Part shown: positions 38,998 to 52,426 of the stretch, piece after piece | Layout of the letters: every line of letters begins with the position of its first letter | Position numbering within the stretch: the stretch's first letter is position 1 | From: Podarcis erhardii | Taxonomy: Eukaryota | Assembly (NCBI GenBank): GCA_964252035.1 | Contig: OZ176203.1 | Length of the DNA stretch: 64,000 bases | Direction: 5' to 3' (one strand) | Translations under genes and position numbers: made by a program | Notes under the pieces: model-generated | The model's database searches: none | The model's input: only the letters and a program-made list of their open reading frames with translations | Told to the model about the DNA's origin: nothing

Positions 38998-40292
38998 ATC
39001 AGAGCTGACAGGCTGCAGCTTGTTTTAGTGCCAGACAGAGGGCAGAGGGAGATGATTATATTTACAATACAAAAAACCGTACAGGTAACTGAGGAGGAAG
39101 TTGTCAGGGTAACGTGGGTGTGGTGTAACAAAGGAAAATCATCACATTTTAAAACTAAGGTTAGAATAGCAGGGAGAAAGGGAGGAGTTGCTTGGCAAGG
39201 GGTTTTCTGGGAAGGAGAAGCAGGAAAGAGGTAGAACTTGTGGGGGCTGAAGTTAAGAACTACCTGAAAGTGGGTCAGAGGTATGGAAATGTATTGGATT
39301 CTGATGCTGCACTGCTGTGGGGAACAAGCACCACTCGAGAGGTACTGCTGTGAACTCTTTTCCTCCATCAAGACCCAGGTGTATAAAATAAACCATATCT
39401 CTTAAAACACTGCAGTCTCTGCCATGCCTGAATTCTCAATGGGGAAAAAATGGCCCTGAGTGAATGCCTGGAACCCCCTGTAATCTTGCTATGGCTTGGC
39501 AGAGATTGGGGGTGGCACGCAAACTCTGTAATGATATGAAGAAAAGAAGACCTGCTAGATAAGAGCATGGAACCATTTAGTAGAGAGTCCCATTTCTAAC
39601 AGCAGTCAGCCAGATGCTTCTGGGAAGGCAGCAAGCATGGCATGAAGACTCCCCCCCCCCCCCCGCCACAAAAAAATCCTCTGAGAGGATATCCCAATTT
39701 GTTTCTGAACAGCTGGTATTTCATTTCTTGTGGCAAAGAACTCCACATGCTAATCATACAGTGTATCAAGTAGTATGACCTTTCTGTTATCCCTAAGCTT
39801 ATTGCCAGTTAATTTCCACTAGTCCCCATTTATTTTCAGAGTCTGGGATTTTTTCTGGAATATCGCTGGAATATCACTCACACAATGAAGTAGAAAGGGA
39901 AATTTGTTTCTACGTTATCTCGGGTAGCACTATATCAGTGTCCCAACCTTTCAAAGAGGTTGAGCACTGCTGAACTGGAATGGGCAACTTTACAACAACT
40001 CCTTAATAAGTTTACTCCATTCTGCTCAATGGTACTTATACCTGAGGAAGTGGACTGAGAATTGTACCCTTCAAACCACATTGCTGCCTCAATTAGCTCC
40101 CCATCTCTCTCTGTAACATTGCTAAAACTGCTCTTTAAGCAATTCCTTTAACACTTTTCTCCCACTGGACACTCCCCACACCTTGAATGATTCAGGTTCT
40201 CCCTAACTATACCAATTCCTCTGTCTTTTTATTTATTCGTGCCCTTTAGCCACCGTATATCAATCACTTGAAATAATTAGAGGTTAAGTACT

Positions 40293-40626
40293 GCGACGCG
40301 GGTGGTGCTGTGGGTTAAACCACAGAGCCTAGGGCATGCCGATCAGAAGGTCGGCGGTTCAAATCCCCATGACGGGGTGAGCTCCCGTTGCTTGGTCCCT
40401 GCTCCTGCCCACCAGCAGTTCGAAAGCACATCAAAGTGCAAGTAGATAAATAGGTACCGCTCTGGCGGGAAGGCAAACAGCATTTCTGTGCACTGCTCTG
40501 GTTCGCCAGAAACGGCTTAGTCATGCTGGCCACATGACCCGGAAGCTGTACGCCGGCTCACTCAGCCAATAAAGCGAGATGAGCGCCGCAACCCCAGAGT
40601 CGGTCACGACTGGACCTAATGGTCAG
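40293..40626 (+). mobile_element. Young Sauria SINE (Squam1/lacertid type), lacking the terminal tail
   Basis: gcgacgcgggtggtgctgtgggttaaaccacagagcctaggg...ggttcaaatcccc...gtagataaataggtaccg...aaccccagagtcggtcacgactggacctaatggtcag. CpG-rich. Confidence 0.93.
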
Positions 40627-41042
40627 ACAGTGACTCAACCACACACCTTCACACTGGATGAAAAGATAAGTGAACAAACCCTATTCTGGAACAGAGCCAT
40701 AGACTGTTTGGAGATGTGCTGATAACTTCAATAGAGCTCTGAGAAAGATAACTGATACGTACACAAATATGTGATGGTGCATTCTTCCCACTTGAGTTTT
40801 GAGGAGCTTCATCTGATGGAGGGGAGATAAAAGCTGTGGCCATGTTAGAGTGTTTGGGAGAAGTTATTTAGGGAAACATCAGGGACAGCTACTTTTACCT
40901 GTCTATTCACAATGTCTATATCAATGGAGGAGGAACCTCTTCCAGAGGAAATGAGATGGATGTAAATACGATTATCGGTTCATAGGTACTCACTAACCAG
41001 AGTTAGTGTAAATTACAGTTAGCAAGTCTACTTCAATCCATG

Positions 41043-41287
41043 GGTGGTATCCAACAAAGTCATTCCATTAATTGAAGGATTCTACTTCCGCAACAGAACT
41101 TCCCCTCCCTCTCTCTCTCCCTGCACCCCTGTGCCCTTCCTAAATCTGTTCCAGAGGGTTGGGGGAACCACCAGAACAGATTGAGGTGCTACAGGGGGCA
41201 AACCCAGAGAGGAGAGGGAGGACAAGTGCCTTTTTTACAGCCAGAAGTCCCTGCACTCATGGAACTACTTCACTGGATACCTTCCCC
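41043..41287. mobile_element. Palindromic MITE-like repeat
   Basis: Ends ggtggtatcca / tggatacc and inner hairpin aatctgttcc...gaacagatt. Confidence 0.55.
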
Positions 41288-44200
41288 ACATTTTTAATTT
41301 TGATTTGTGGCTGATCACACACTCTATTCTGGGTAATCAGATGTAACAACTATCATTGAAGTTCCTTAATAATATGAGAGTTCAGCTTTTATTTACACTG
41401 AATGATAAAAAGAAACAGTGAAAGGAAAAGTTGTGGACTTTCCAGCAACTGGAAATCATTTGGGTGTGGGTCTTTAAAAATATAACCATGCCACACTTAA
41501 CAACATCTGCAGCCAGCCTTAGAGAACAAGTGCTCCAGACTCAAGCATACTAATGCAGTGATTGCGTGTGGGTGAAGTTTTAAAGATCTTTTTAATAGCA
41601 TTTCATATCCTAGAGTGCACCTGCTCTCTAATCTTGCCTTGTTGAACTCATTTTACACTATATTTATATTCCTATTTAATTTTTGTGCAGTCTATCAGCA
41701 GTTCCTTCTCTGTGTGTCACAGAGCAAATTAGTATGATTTAATCCACCATGTATCCAGTTTGGCTTCCACCACTTTATTTGAAATAGTGAACTAAAACTA
41801 ATGTTATATCTCGATGACTTTATGACTTAATGACTCCTGAATATTTAAAGCTTTAATATATTTCTCTAATGTTTTTATTATTGTTATGCCGCTGAACCAC
41901 AATAATTCAAGAAGTATTCTGAAAGATTATGGAAAAAAGACCACCTGGTACTAGCTAAACCCCTACTCAGTCAGAGCTTTTACACCATTTCCTGCATAAC
42001 TAATTCATTTATTATCTTTTGATTTAAAAAACGTAAAATGATATTTTAGTATTTTAGTATATTCATATTCTACGTGTTTATAGTACCTGTCTTCCAGATT
42101 TCTATTGATTTCTTTCCTAGCTTGGTGCCTCTACAAATCACAGCCACATTTCCAAAACATCTAAATATATAGCTGTGGAAAAGAGGTGATATAGTATTCC
42201 AGGAAGACACACTGCACTCATAATTACATGGGCAAATCCAACTTGCTGGTTTTGCTCTTTAAAAAAGGACACATTTGTATAAATGTACCCAGCAATTTCA
42301 AACACGTTACTTAAAAGCACTAATCACTGCAGTCTTTTTACTTGTACATAAATATTCTCAAATCGTTACGTCTGCAAATATAAATATAAGGCAATCACAT
42401 AGGAAATTGGTTTTTTTTTTTTATAACTCTGACATTTCTTTAATTATTCCAGGAAACATTTTTTTTCATTTCTTTTAATTGCAAGCTGAATGAAGCATTT
42501 GGTATTTTATGCCTAATAAATTATAACAAATTTAAATTTTAGGCCTATATATGTTTTTAGGGAAACAACAACAAATACTACACCATACAGATGATTTTCT
42601 GTAGATCATAAGGGAAAAAAGATTATGGGCATGATTAAGCCAAAGTATACTAAAATCCTATTGATATCAAATATCAATAGAATTAGCTTCATTCTCCCAA
42701 ATAATTTGTACATGCATAGATTTGAATGACAAATTAAGAATAAAACTTAAGAACAAGTTACTGTATTGAAATGAATAAAAAAAGAACTAGTGAGTTCACA
42801 TTCTGCAATACAGTGCTCATGAGATAACAACAGTCAATAAAAAGTGTTTTCCTTAATTCCTGACTAATAAGTTACTATTGAACATATAACAATGTGATTT
42901 ATGTTAAAAACAACAACATGACTGCAATTAGGCCTAAGCATAGATAGATGAGGACCATCAGCATACAGCCTTATTTTCCTTCCACTTTAGCTTGCTACTA
43001 ACAATGGATGAATAGGGAATTCTGTCAGCTTGAATGAGATATTAGTCAGCCATTGTGAGCAGCATAAAAGAACACTATGAAAAGGTAAATTTACCCACCT
43101 ATCATCAAGCTGTAATTATTGTGCATCTACAACACATTTCCAGGAATGAATGTCTATTCTTGCAGTACCACTTTGGGAATTTTGTGCGTGTGTGGGAGAA
43201 GGCAATGCTTTGCCTAGGCAAAGATTTTTATTTTTATTTTTAAATAAAGCAGGTCACTAAATTTGCATTTTTATGAAATATAATTATTCTCCCATGAGTA
43301 TTAGTTGGAAATCACCTGTACGTTTTTTAAAAGATCTGATTGATTTGTCTTAATCTAGTTAAAATTAGGGCCTGGGGTTAATCTGGACTCTGCCAGACCT
43401 GCAGAACTATCAACTATAGCAAATTTCAAGCTCACAGTAGAGAAGCCATGAAGGATCAAAATGAATGAAACAGAGAACTCTGTCATTTCGGCTTGGAACT
43501 TTCTGTTGAATTTAACTGAGTGCTATGTGAGACCTTGGCATCCTGGATAATAAGATTAGAAGGAAGCATCATGCTGTCAGCATAATGAGAAGCTACCAAC
43601 ATGTAGACAACTGTCATGGTACCAAAATAAATGTGAGACTATAACAAGTTTTGGAAAGGCAGTGCTGGAGTGCACCCAAGTGCTCTGTGCAAAGAACTGC
43701 TGATAAACAAGAGTCCAGATCATAGTCTATGTTTTATGTGATTTAACCCACTTATGTAATGCAAGCAAAAGGTGGAAGTCCTTTCTCCAGTCTAGTTTCT
43801 GATCAATGTAAAAACTGCAAGGAGCTCCCACCTCCACCAATGCCTGATGTTTATCCAACTCTTGTTTCAACTAGCTGAAAACAACAAGATCTGGCCTACT
43901 ATGAACTTTATTCCAAAATGCTTAGGTGTTAGAGAACTTAGAACTTCTGTATTTCAACCAGCTGAGCTTCAGGATGTTAGAAGGAGACTCCGTCAACCTA
44001 CGTCGCTTCCTCTGATTTATCACTTTGTCAATACCATGATTAGTTTATGACATTACTAAAACAAACATATATTATGTTTCTAAAAGCATAGAAATTAATA
44101 TGCTTTTTAAGTGGCTTTATTCTCTAACAATTTCTAATATCATGATCTTGCATGAATGAAGCATTGTGTCTTAAATGAAGCACTGCGCAGGGGAGTTCTG

Positions 44201-44416
44201 CTGCCAGCCCTGCCATTGGGTGCCCCAGGGCACCCACCCAAAAAACAGGTGGGAGGAAACTACTGCTGACAGTATCCCTGAAGACACCTTTGATATGTGG
44301 CAATTGGGGTGTAGGGAATGAGCCTGCAATGGAACTGTTGACTCAGTCAGTGCTGATCCTGGGAGCAGGCATAGCTCTTACATCAATATATAATATTTTC
44401 AACATTTATGGATATA

Positions 44417-44497
44417 TCATTACGTATTTCATTATCAATATATATATATAATCATTATCAATATATATTATCATTATCAATATATATTTCATTATCA
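44417..44497. repeat. AT-rich minisatellite, about 4 copies of tcattatcaatatatat
   Basis: Units start at 44429, 44452, 44471 and 44489 (partial), with variable (AT)n length. Confidence 0.85.
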
Positions 44498-45735
44498 GCA
44501 AACTGTATTTGAGGATAGTCCTTCAGATAATCAATCGTATGATTTCACATTAACCCTTTGAACCCAAAAGCCTCTCAGAGGATAAAAGTTTAGTAGTAAA
44601 TGAACCTGCATGGTTTGGAATTATTTTACATTTAAAATATGGAATTCTTATTTCCATCCATCATTAACCTAATTGAACTCATTTAAACATGCAGATTGTG
44701 GCACTGAACTTTCATGTTTGCAGACACTCTTTACTGCTTACTGTATCTTCTGAGTTTCTTTGTTTTGAGCATTCATTAGTTTGAAAAGTTGAAATAAGAT
44801 AAATTTGATTATAGTGTTTACATTATAATTCAGACAGATAATTATAATTATTTCTGAATTTGAATATTTAAAGGGAAATAGGAGATTCGTTGTTCTTGGA
44901 TACTTCTCATTTACTTTTGAAAACACTGATTTCTTTGGTCTACCACATTAAAAAATTGTAACCAGAAAAGTAAACTTCACGGGAAGTCATAATACAAAGC
45001 TCAGTATTATTGATTTTGTTTCAGTTTTCCTACTGATGCCATCTTAAGCATTGTCCCCATAAGAGATATTTATACAATTTTGAATAATTGCATTGTTTAA
45101 CTTTCCTATAGCGCCATGAAATCAAAGTGCTACTAGAGCTTACATGGCTATAAATGTACACTGGTTGTGATTAGATTATTGACAGTTTTATAGCACAGAT
45201 GCTCTTTAATCACAATTAAGAGTTCACTTTAAGGGGCCAGGGAGCATGTAGAACTTGAATAATTCATTTTTATGTATGCTGATCTTTCAGCTTTGCAATG
45301 ACCATTCCTCCACTCAAGGCAAACTGTTTTTAGTAGATTAAGCTTGTGCTGTAGCCGGTCAATTGACATGGTTCCAGCTGTTGCTAACTGAGCTTATCCA
45401 GGCTTTCCTTGTAACCACCAAATGGCTTGTGAAATTATCACATCCTACTTTGAAATGTTCCTAGCTACAAAACTGTATGTTGTTTTTTCTACTTTGTGGG
45501 CTTTTCTACCTTTATTAGCTGAAACCAGAGCACTATATGAATAGGTACGAAACTGAGACAGCACATCTGCAAAATAGTTTTCAAAAAAATATCAGAACTA
45601 TTGATTTATGCTGAACACACTCCCTTGCATTTTGGAAGCTGCAGCTGCTAAGCAGCTCTGTCTCACACCTAGGCTAGGCTATGCAACTGGCCAAGCAAGA
45701 GTTTGCAGAAGCACAATAAAGGAAGCAGATCAACA

Positions 45736-45825
45736 CATAGAATCATAGAATCATAGAGTTGGAAGAGACCACAAGGGCCATCAAGTCCAACCCCCTGCCA
45801 AGCAGGAAACACCATCAGAGCACTC
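45736..45825 (-). mobile_element. Young, severely 5'-truncated CR1 LINE (about 90 bp of 3' end)
   Basis: catagaatcatagaatcatagagttggaagagaccacaagggccatcaagtccaacccc is the reverse of the (ATTCT)-type CR1 tail. Confidence 0.88.
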
Positions 45826-46159
45826 GATTAAATCTGCTCTCACTGTCTACTACAGGACTATGGAGATAAGTAAATGCCTTTCTTTACACAAGACCCCCTT
45901 TCCACACAACCACACTAAGTATTTGAAGTTAGTCACTCCTTAGGTCTGTTGAGAACAAAAGCACTAAGTTAATCAACAGCTATTTGCACACAGCACTCCT
46001 TTTGTGCTTAGTACTTTTGCAATGGCAGTGATGGTCAAGATCAACCTGAAAGCATCAACTTCCACTTGTCATTCTGCCCCAATGGCTGGGAAGCATGAGC
46101 TTCTCCATAAGAAGTGTTTGGTTTTCCTATTCACAAGATTGGAGGAATGTTATATTAAA

Positions 46160-46695
46160 CTGTGTAATATATAGGACCAGAGGAGCCATGGGGGCTTCGG
46201 TCCCCACAATAAAATCTTTAAAGGTGCTGGGCATTCCCATTCAAATGGTGTGTGTGCTCACTGTGTTATGTGTTGACACGGGTGGCACTGTGGTCTAAAC
46301 AAGTTGGTGTAAGGTCAGCAGTTCAAATCCATGTAATGGGATGAGCTCCCGTTGCTCTGTCCCAGCTTTTATCAACATAGCATTTTGAAATAGGTACTGC
46401 TGCTACGGGAAAGTAAACGGCATTTCCGTGCACTCTGGTTTCCATGACGGTGTTCCGTTGTACCAGAAGTGGTTTAGTTATGCTGTCCACATGACCCAGA
46501 AAGCTGTCTGTGGACAAACACCAGCTCCCTCGGCCTGAAGCAAGATGAGTGCTGCAACCCCCTAGTTGCCTTTGACTGGACTTTACCGTCCAGGGGTCCT
46601 TTACCCCTTCTCCCTCTTTTATGAGTTTGATTATGTGGGGCAGGGCTTACATGGGCACCCACAATATTTTATTCAAGTTGGCACTCCTGCATAGG
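46160..46695. mobile_element. hAT-like MITE interrupted by a Sauria SINE
   Basis: Left part ccccacaataaaatcttt and right part cacccacaatattttattcaagttggcactcctg look like the two halves of one lizard MITE. Boundaries approximate. Confidence 0.5.
46275..46610 (+). mobile_element. Older Sauria SINE subfamily copy
   Basis: gacacgggtggcactgtgg...cagttcaaatcc...gagctcccgttgc...cacatgacc...gactggactttaccgtccaggggtcctttacc. Aligns with 40293-40626 but is CpG-decayed. Confidence 0.88.
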
Positions 46696-47446
46696 ATGGT
46701 CCAAGTAAAATGGTCCTCATTTGCCAAGTGGTAGGGTGAATCAAGTGAATTTGTATGTTAATATCGTCTCCTGTATAGTGGCTTACCAAGTCATTTCCCT
46801 TCTTTGGGATGGATATATATGTGGCAGAAACAATAGGCATCAATTACAGCCATGGATATAAGCTGCATTTCGAAAAAGGCATTTGATACTGTGTGGATTT
46901 TTAAGTCTTTATATTAGGCACTTTTCAACAAATTCCCAAGACATTAGCATTAATGTAAAAACAAATTTAGAGCAGGCTTCCAAACTTGCTGTGACAAGGT
47001 TTTCTTTCTTCTGCTAAATATCCCTGAACCAGTGAACAGTCAGTTCTCACAATGAGAATTCTGGCATTTGTTAACGCAAAGGAATTGGTGTTATAGATCT
47101 AAATTATTCTTTGAGACATTGTTTTAAATATATTGACCACAGCTGCTGTCCTTTACTTCTATATCCACGATATCCTTTACTTCTGCACCTACAATATCAT
47201 GTCAAATTGCTTTGTGACTAAACAGAGGTGAAGAGAGGTCTACAAATGCTGTAAATGAGCAAACAAACATAGATCTTAACACTATAACTAAGTTGTCTTT
47301 TCTATTATACTAGTAGCTCCCAAAAGAACTATCTAATAGTGGTGCAATTTTGACAAAAGTAGCTCACTGAAATTCTTCAGCGATTTTTATTTTAATGTGA
47401 AATAATGCAATGACTACTAGTTCTGAGAAGAAATGTCCCAATAGTT

Positions 47447-47560
47447 TAAACCATGCTGGCAAATGTGGTGCCCTCCATATATTGTTGGATCCCAATTCCT
47501 CTCAGCCTCAACCAGTGGGGTCAATGGTCAGGGATGATGACAGTTGTGGCCCAATAATAG
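47447..47560. mobile_element. Truncated hAT hairpin MITE (same family as 9490-9626)
   Basis: ggcaaatgtggtgccctccatattgttggatcccaattcctctcagcc...gatgatgacagttgtggcccaa. Confidence 0.6.
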
Positions 47561-48447
47561 TAGTTTTAACAATAGAATTTACAAGAACATGAGCCAAACG
47601 TTTATACCAACTTTTGAGTGAACAGAGTGATTGCCTATATTTCCACAGTGCCTGACAATCAGTCATGCTGGTTGGGACTGATGTGAGTCTCAGTCTAACA
47701 ACATGTAGAGGGTCACAGGTTAACCAGCCTTGATTTACAGCATTAGGCAAGTATTACAGCTTGTAGGATTAATGTAATGTTATTTATGTGCGTCTCTCTG
47801 TGTGTACACATACACATTTATACAAACACACATCACAAGGTGCTTGAAATATGAGAATAAAATACTAATAAAAATGACAATGTTTTCTCTCTTAGGCATT
47901 GTTCTTTTCTGATCAATACTGCAGCAAGGTATTTTGGGGCCATAGAATCAGTATACCCCCAAAATATTATTTTTAAATTTCTAATAAATAGTAACAAATA
48001 AGCTGGTTTTCTAAACTATAGGTATGATGTTGAAAACCAATCATAATAACTAGCCGTCCTATTCAACTTGTTATGAAATGCCACCATTTCATAGCCCATA
48101 CTAGGAAGTCTCCAGTAAACATTCTGAACAAGAACTATATTCAGTGTTCATATGGTAAAGGTATACATGTTGAACCTGAATATGTATTGTAGACATGGTC
48201 TCAGTATTAACGCCATCAAGAAACCCTATTTTGGCATAGATTATTGCCAAAATTCAAGTTAGGGATTAAGAATCCTACTGGATACCAATCCAGGCCTACT
48301 AATCTGCAACAATGTTAGGTTTCTTAAAAATGGAAATAATTTACTAATAAAAAATTCAAATAATTAATCAAACCTCCCTTTGGAACAAAAGCAATATTCA
48401 TTTTATGCATACACTACAAACATCAAAGGCATAAATATTTTACTTAC

Positions 48448-48618
48448 AATGTATTTCTAGAACTTGCATTGCTATCTGGGGTGTAGAGTTCAAAGATTCG
48501 TGATCTACTCTGCAACTTACGACTGCGCCGTCATCACTGCGATCTGCTTTGAAATTCATTGTGCTGCTGACAGTAAACGTTTTCCGATTTGCATCCTCTT
48601 CTTTTAAATATTTAACAT
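48448..48618 (-). CDS. CADM2: CADM2 coding exon, second half of Ig domain 2 (171 nt, phase 1-1)
   Basis: Translates (D)VKYLKEEDANRKTFTVSSTMNFKADRSDDGAVVSCRVDHESLNSTPQIAMQVLEIH. Flanked by tttgcag| and |gtaagta. In frame with both neighbouring exons. Confidence 0.97.
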
Positions 48619-50637
48619 CTGCAAAAATAAAGTTTGCTCTAGTTTAGCACCATGGTTTGGTATAATAAAGGGGGAAAGAAGACTACAATACATGAAACCA
48701 TTTTAAATAGCAAATGATAAATGCACCTTTCATCATGTTTGCTCACTCTTTGAAAGCAAACAAAGTTCTATTTCCAGACGTTCCATTATTTGTCTTACAA
48801 AACTACCAATGCTGTCATTCCCAAATGTACACAGACACAGATGGGAAAAGCAATTTCAATATCAACCAAAAGGCAGAACTGTCAGAATAGGATTCTACTC
48901 CTCATTATCTCTGATATAACTAGATTACAATCCAAATAGTCTTCCCCTGAAGCCCATTAAAGAAACATAATATCTCTTCCCCCACCTTTAAATCACCTGA
49001 TTAGGCTTTTTCGTTCATTCTTTTCTGAAAGCTTAGTCCAAAAAACAATACTTTAAAGAGAAATCAAAGGTATGTGTCTAAAATATGTTTCTAAAATATA
49101 AGTTTGCTAAACAAAATGCTGACAATTATTTGCTTCATCTTTGTTACTAAAAGGTTTTGCAAAACAGATGGTAAAGTGAGGAATAATTAATATTCATTTT
49201 CCTCTTCGGTTCAGTTTTGTTTAGTGTTGACATAACCGCCCTCCATGCAAAAAACCCCCCAAACCCTTCCATAATATGCTTTGCAGGCCATGATAGAAGG
49301 GAGTAGGGGTGAATTTTGACGGCAAGTGAATAAAACTCTGGCAAATAAATAGGGCAACCAATTGCCCAGCAGGCTGGGCAGATCACCAATTGAAGCCTCA
49401 AAAATTGATAGGCCTCCACAGTATGAAAAAGAAGAGGTCTCCAGTATCTACAGGCATCCTGTCTTCATGTTGATAAATCAAGAAAAAAAGATACTTAACT
49501 TTTCTAAAGGGATCGATCACCTCACAGTTTAAACTAGCCCACCTAAATCAGCAGTGTGAGCTTTTCAGACTATGAACTTGGAGTATGAAGTAAACCATGT
49601 CCTTCCTGCTTCTTCAAGAGTGCAGGTGGATTCTCATTTTGCCTCTTGCAATATGAAGCTGGAGGCCAGGGTGCCTTGAAACACAGTCGTTCCACAGCTG
49701 GTCAGCACAGAACACTTTAACAATCAGTATTTTCCCACTTTATCAGGGAGTCAATCCAAAAGGAAAGAGCAAATCACGAGAAAGGTGATCTCTGGTAGAA
49801 ACACTGTAGATATTAAGGCAGTTTGACTGAAATTGTTTTTATAGTTGTCAAAGAAAGTCATCAAGGTGTTCTGCAGTCACCGAAATGCCATGGGCACTGC
49901 AACAACATATATCTGTATTCTTAACTTAATTTTGGATATAAGTTTATATCACTCCCCCTCCGCCCAATTTGATCCTGGCACTCAATGACCTTTCAGCTAT
50001 TTATAAAATTCCTTGGTGCCTTTTGGATTTGGGTCATGCTCTTTATTCCAACAAAATGTCCAGCTGCAAAATGCACAAATCATAGATGAAAAACAGTCAT
50101 ATATCCTGAATGAGTGGCGTGTTGTAGCCACAGGAGCTTTGGAGCCTTCCTGTTCTCCTTCACTTCAGTGGATTCACTTCACCTCATATACTGAACAATA
50201 TACCTGCTGGCTCAACTGAAATGAATGAGGCAGCGGCTGCATTTGCAATACAACACAAGGGTGATAATGTATTTTGCAAGATGCAAAGGGAATACTTTAT
50301 TCTCTATACAACTGATCTTTTTCCTCTTCTGTTTAAGCAATGTTGGTTTATTCCATCAAATAGCATTGTTTGTCACAATGAAGGTCTCTAAAATGAGCTT
50401 AAGGAAATTCCTATTGAAATCGCATGTCCCCTCTGTGGTTTCATTTTTATAATTTTGCTAGGTCCCATTAGAGGAAGATGGGTTCATTGAAAAGTCAGTG
50501 TTAACAATCTTGCAATGTACATGGCATACTGTACTCATGGTGGGGAATGGTCAACCTTGGAGGAGATGGCAGAAGAGAGAGGAGAGAGCAGAGAGAGATG
50601 GTGGTTATAGACTAATCCTATGCGTGTGTACTTAGAA

Positions 50638-50932
50638 CAGGAGTTAGCAAGGTTTATCTTGCCTGGGCCGGATCGGTCCCGCAGAAATCCCTCCAAGGGC
50701 CGGAACACACCCACCCACGATTTTCGGCATCTGCGTCTGTGCAGATGTGATTTTTGGTGTCTGCGCATGCACAGATGCTATTTTGGCACTGCAGAAGCGA
50801 GTCTCTGCACCGCACTGTGCTAGTTTAGCACCGCGTGCAAGCGGGCACCTCGGTTCAGGGGCGGCTCGTGGGGTGGTCAAACGACCTCCACAGGCCGCTT
50901 CCAGCCCATGGGCCTTAGGTTGCTGACTCCTG
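50638..50932. mobile_element. hAT (Charlie-like) MITE, GC/CpG-rich
   Basis: TIRs caggagttagcaa / ttgctgactcctg. TSD acttagaa/acatggaa (6/8). Confidence 0.85.
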
Positions 50933-51639
50933 ACATGGAATAAGTTCCATATAAGGCCAAACCAGATGTGATGCTAAATTTATGAATTCAGTTAGCATGC
51001 ACATTTTTAAAAAATGTAAATGGCAGCAACAGGGGAGCCAGAGTAGCAATAGGATTGCAGGATACGGGTAGATAGAGTTTAACCCTTCCCCCCTCTAATA
51101 AAACCTCTCCCATTTGCACCAATGGGCAGCCTATTCAGCATGCAAATAGCAGCTGGTGGGGGGGGGATTTTCGCTGAGACAACAGCAGATGGCTGCTGCT
51201 TGATCTCCTTTGTTCTTTTCTTTTCTTTTTGTTTCCTAAGAAAAAGTGTGTTTTAAATTCATTCATGCAATTAATGTAGCATCATTCCCACAGGGCAATT
51301 CTCTGCGAATTTAGGAAGTAATATCACTATGCTTTTGGCTTCTTCTTTTTTTAAAGAAAAAAAAAAGACAAGAAAAAGAAAACACCTGTCATCATGTAAA
51401 CCTTCCAGTTATTGAATTTAAACTAACTCAGCTTCCTAAAAGCAACTGAAAATGCCTATACACATTTTGGGGGACCAATAAAACATTAACTGTTATTCTG
51501 TACTACAGCTTCAGGCACACTTAGGCACAAATGCTTAGTACTGGATATTAGAAACTTGTTTTAAGTGTGAGACTTGGAACTCTTCCTCATGTATTTCACT
51601 GAAATTAAGTCAGAGGTGCATGAGACATACCCCCTAACT

Positions 51640-51962
51640 CATGGGTAGGCAAACTAAGGCCCGGGGGCCGGATCCGGCCCAATCAGCTTCTAAATCCGGC
51701 CCACGGACGGTCCGGGAATCAGCCTGTTTTTACATGAGTAGAATGTGCCCTTTTATTTAAAATGTATCTCAGGGTTATTTGTGGGGCCAGCCTGGTGTTT
51801 TTACATGAATAGAATGTGTCCTTTTATTTAAAATGCATCTCTGGGTTATTTGTGGGGCATAGGGATTTGTTCATCCCCCCCCCAAAAAAATATAGTCCAG
51901 CACCCCACAAGGTCTGAGGGACAGTGGACCAGCCCCCTGCTGAAAAAGTTTGCTGACCCCTT
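51640..51962. mobile_element. hAT (Charlie-like) MITE with an internal tandem duplication of about 70 bp
   Basis: TIRs catgggtaggcaaac / gtttgctgacccctt. TSD ccctaact/ccctaacc (7/8). The unit gtttttacatga...ttatttgtggggc occurs twice (about 51720-51858). Confidence 0.9.
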
Positions 51963-51974
51963 CCCTAACCTTTC

Positions 51975-51978
<4 letters not shown>

Positions 51979-52023
<45 letters not shown>

Positions 52024-52050
52024 ACACACACACACACACACAGACACACA
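51979..52050. repeat. Compound (TC)21 + (CA)n microsatellite
   Basis: Direct inspection. Confidence 0.95.
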
Positions 52051-52217
52051 ACCTATTTATGTGATGCTGACACAACCCCTGAGCTTACACTAGGCAATAG
52101 AATGAAAGAACAACATCCCCCTCTCTCTTTCCTCTCTTTCCCCCCCATTGTATTTTTCTCCACCTATTTGTCTTTGTAACACAAGAAAATCTTTAATAGA
52201 AACTAATTAAAAAAGTA

Positions 52218-52426
52218 CAGTGGTACCTCTGGTTAAGTACTTAATTCGTTCTGGAGGTCTGTTCTTAACCTGAAGCACCACTTTAGCTAATGGGGCCTCC
52301 TGCTGCTGCCACACCCCCGGAGCACGATTTCTGTTCTCATCCTGAAGCAAAGTTCTTAACCTGAAGCACTATTTCTGGGTTAGTGGAGTCTGTAACCTGA
52401 AGTGTATGTAACCTGAGGTACCACTG
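52218..52426. mobile_element. Tc1/mariner (Tigger/pogo-like) MITE, copy 2
   Basis: ta|cagtggtacctc...gaggtaccactg|ta. Confidence 0.92.

Noticed and set aside
38907-39371. 154-aa minus-strand ORF and overlapping 79-aa ORF
   Set aside because: It overlaps a hAT MITE end, has low complexity and shows no recognisable domain.
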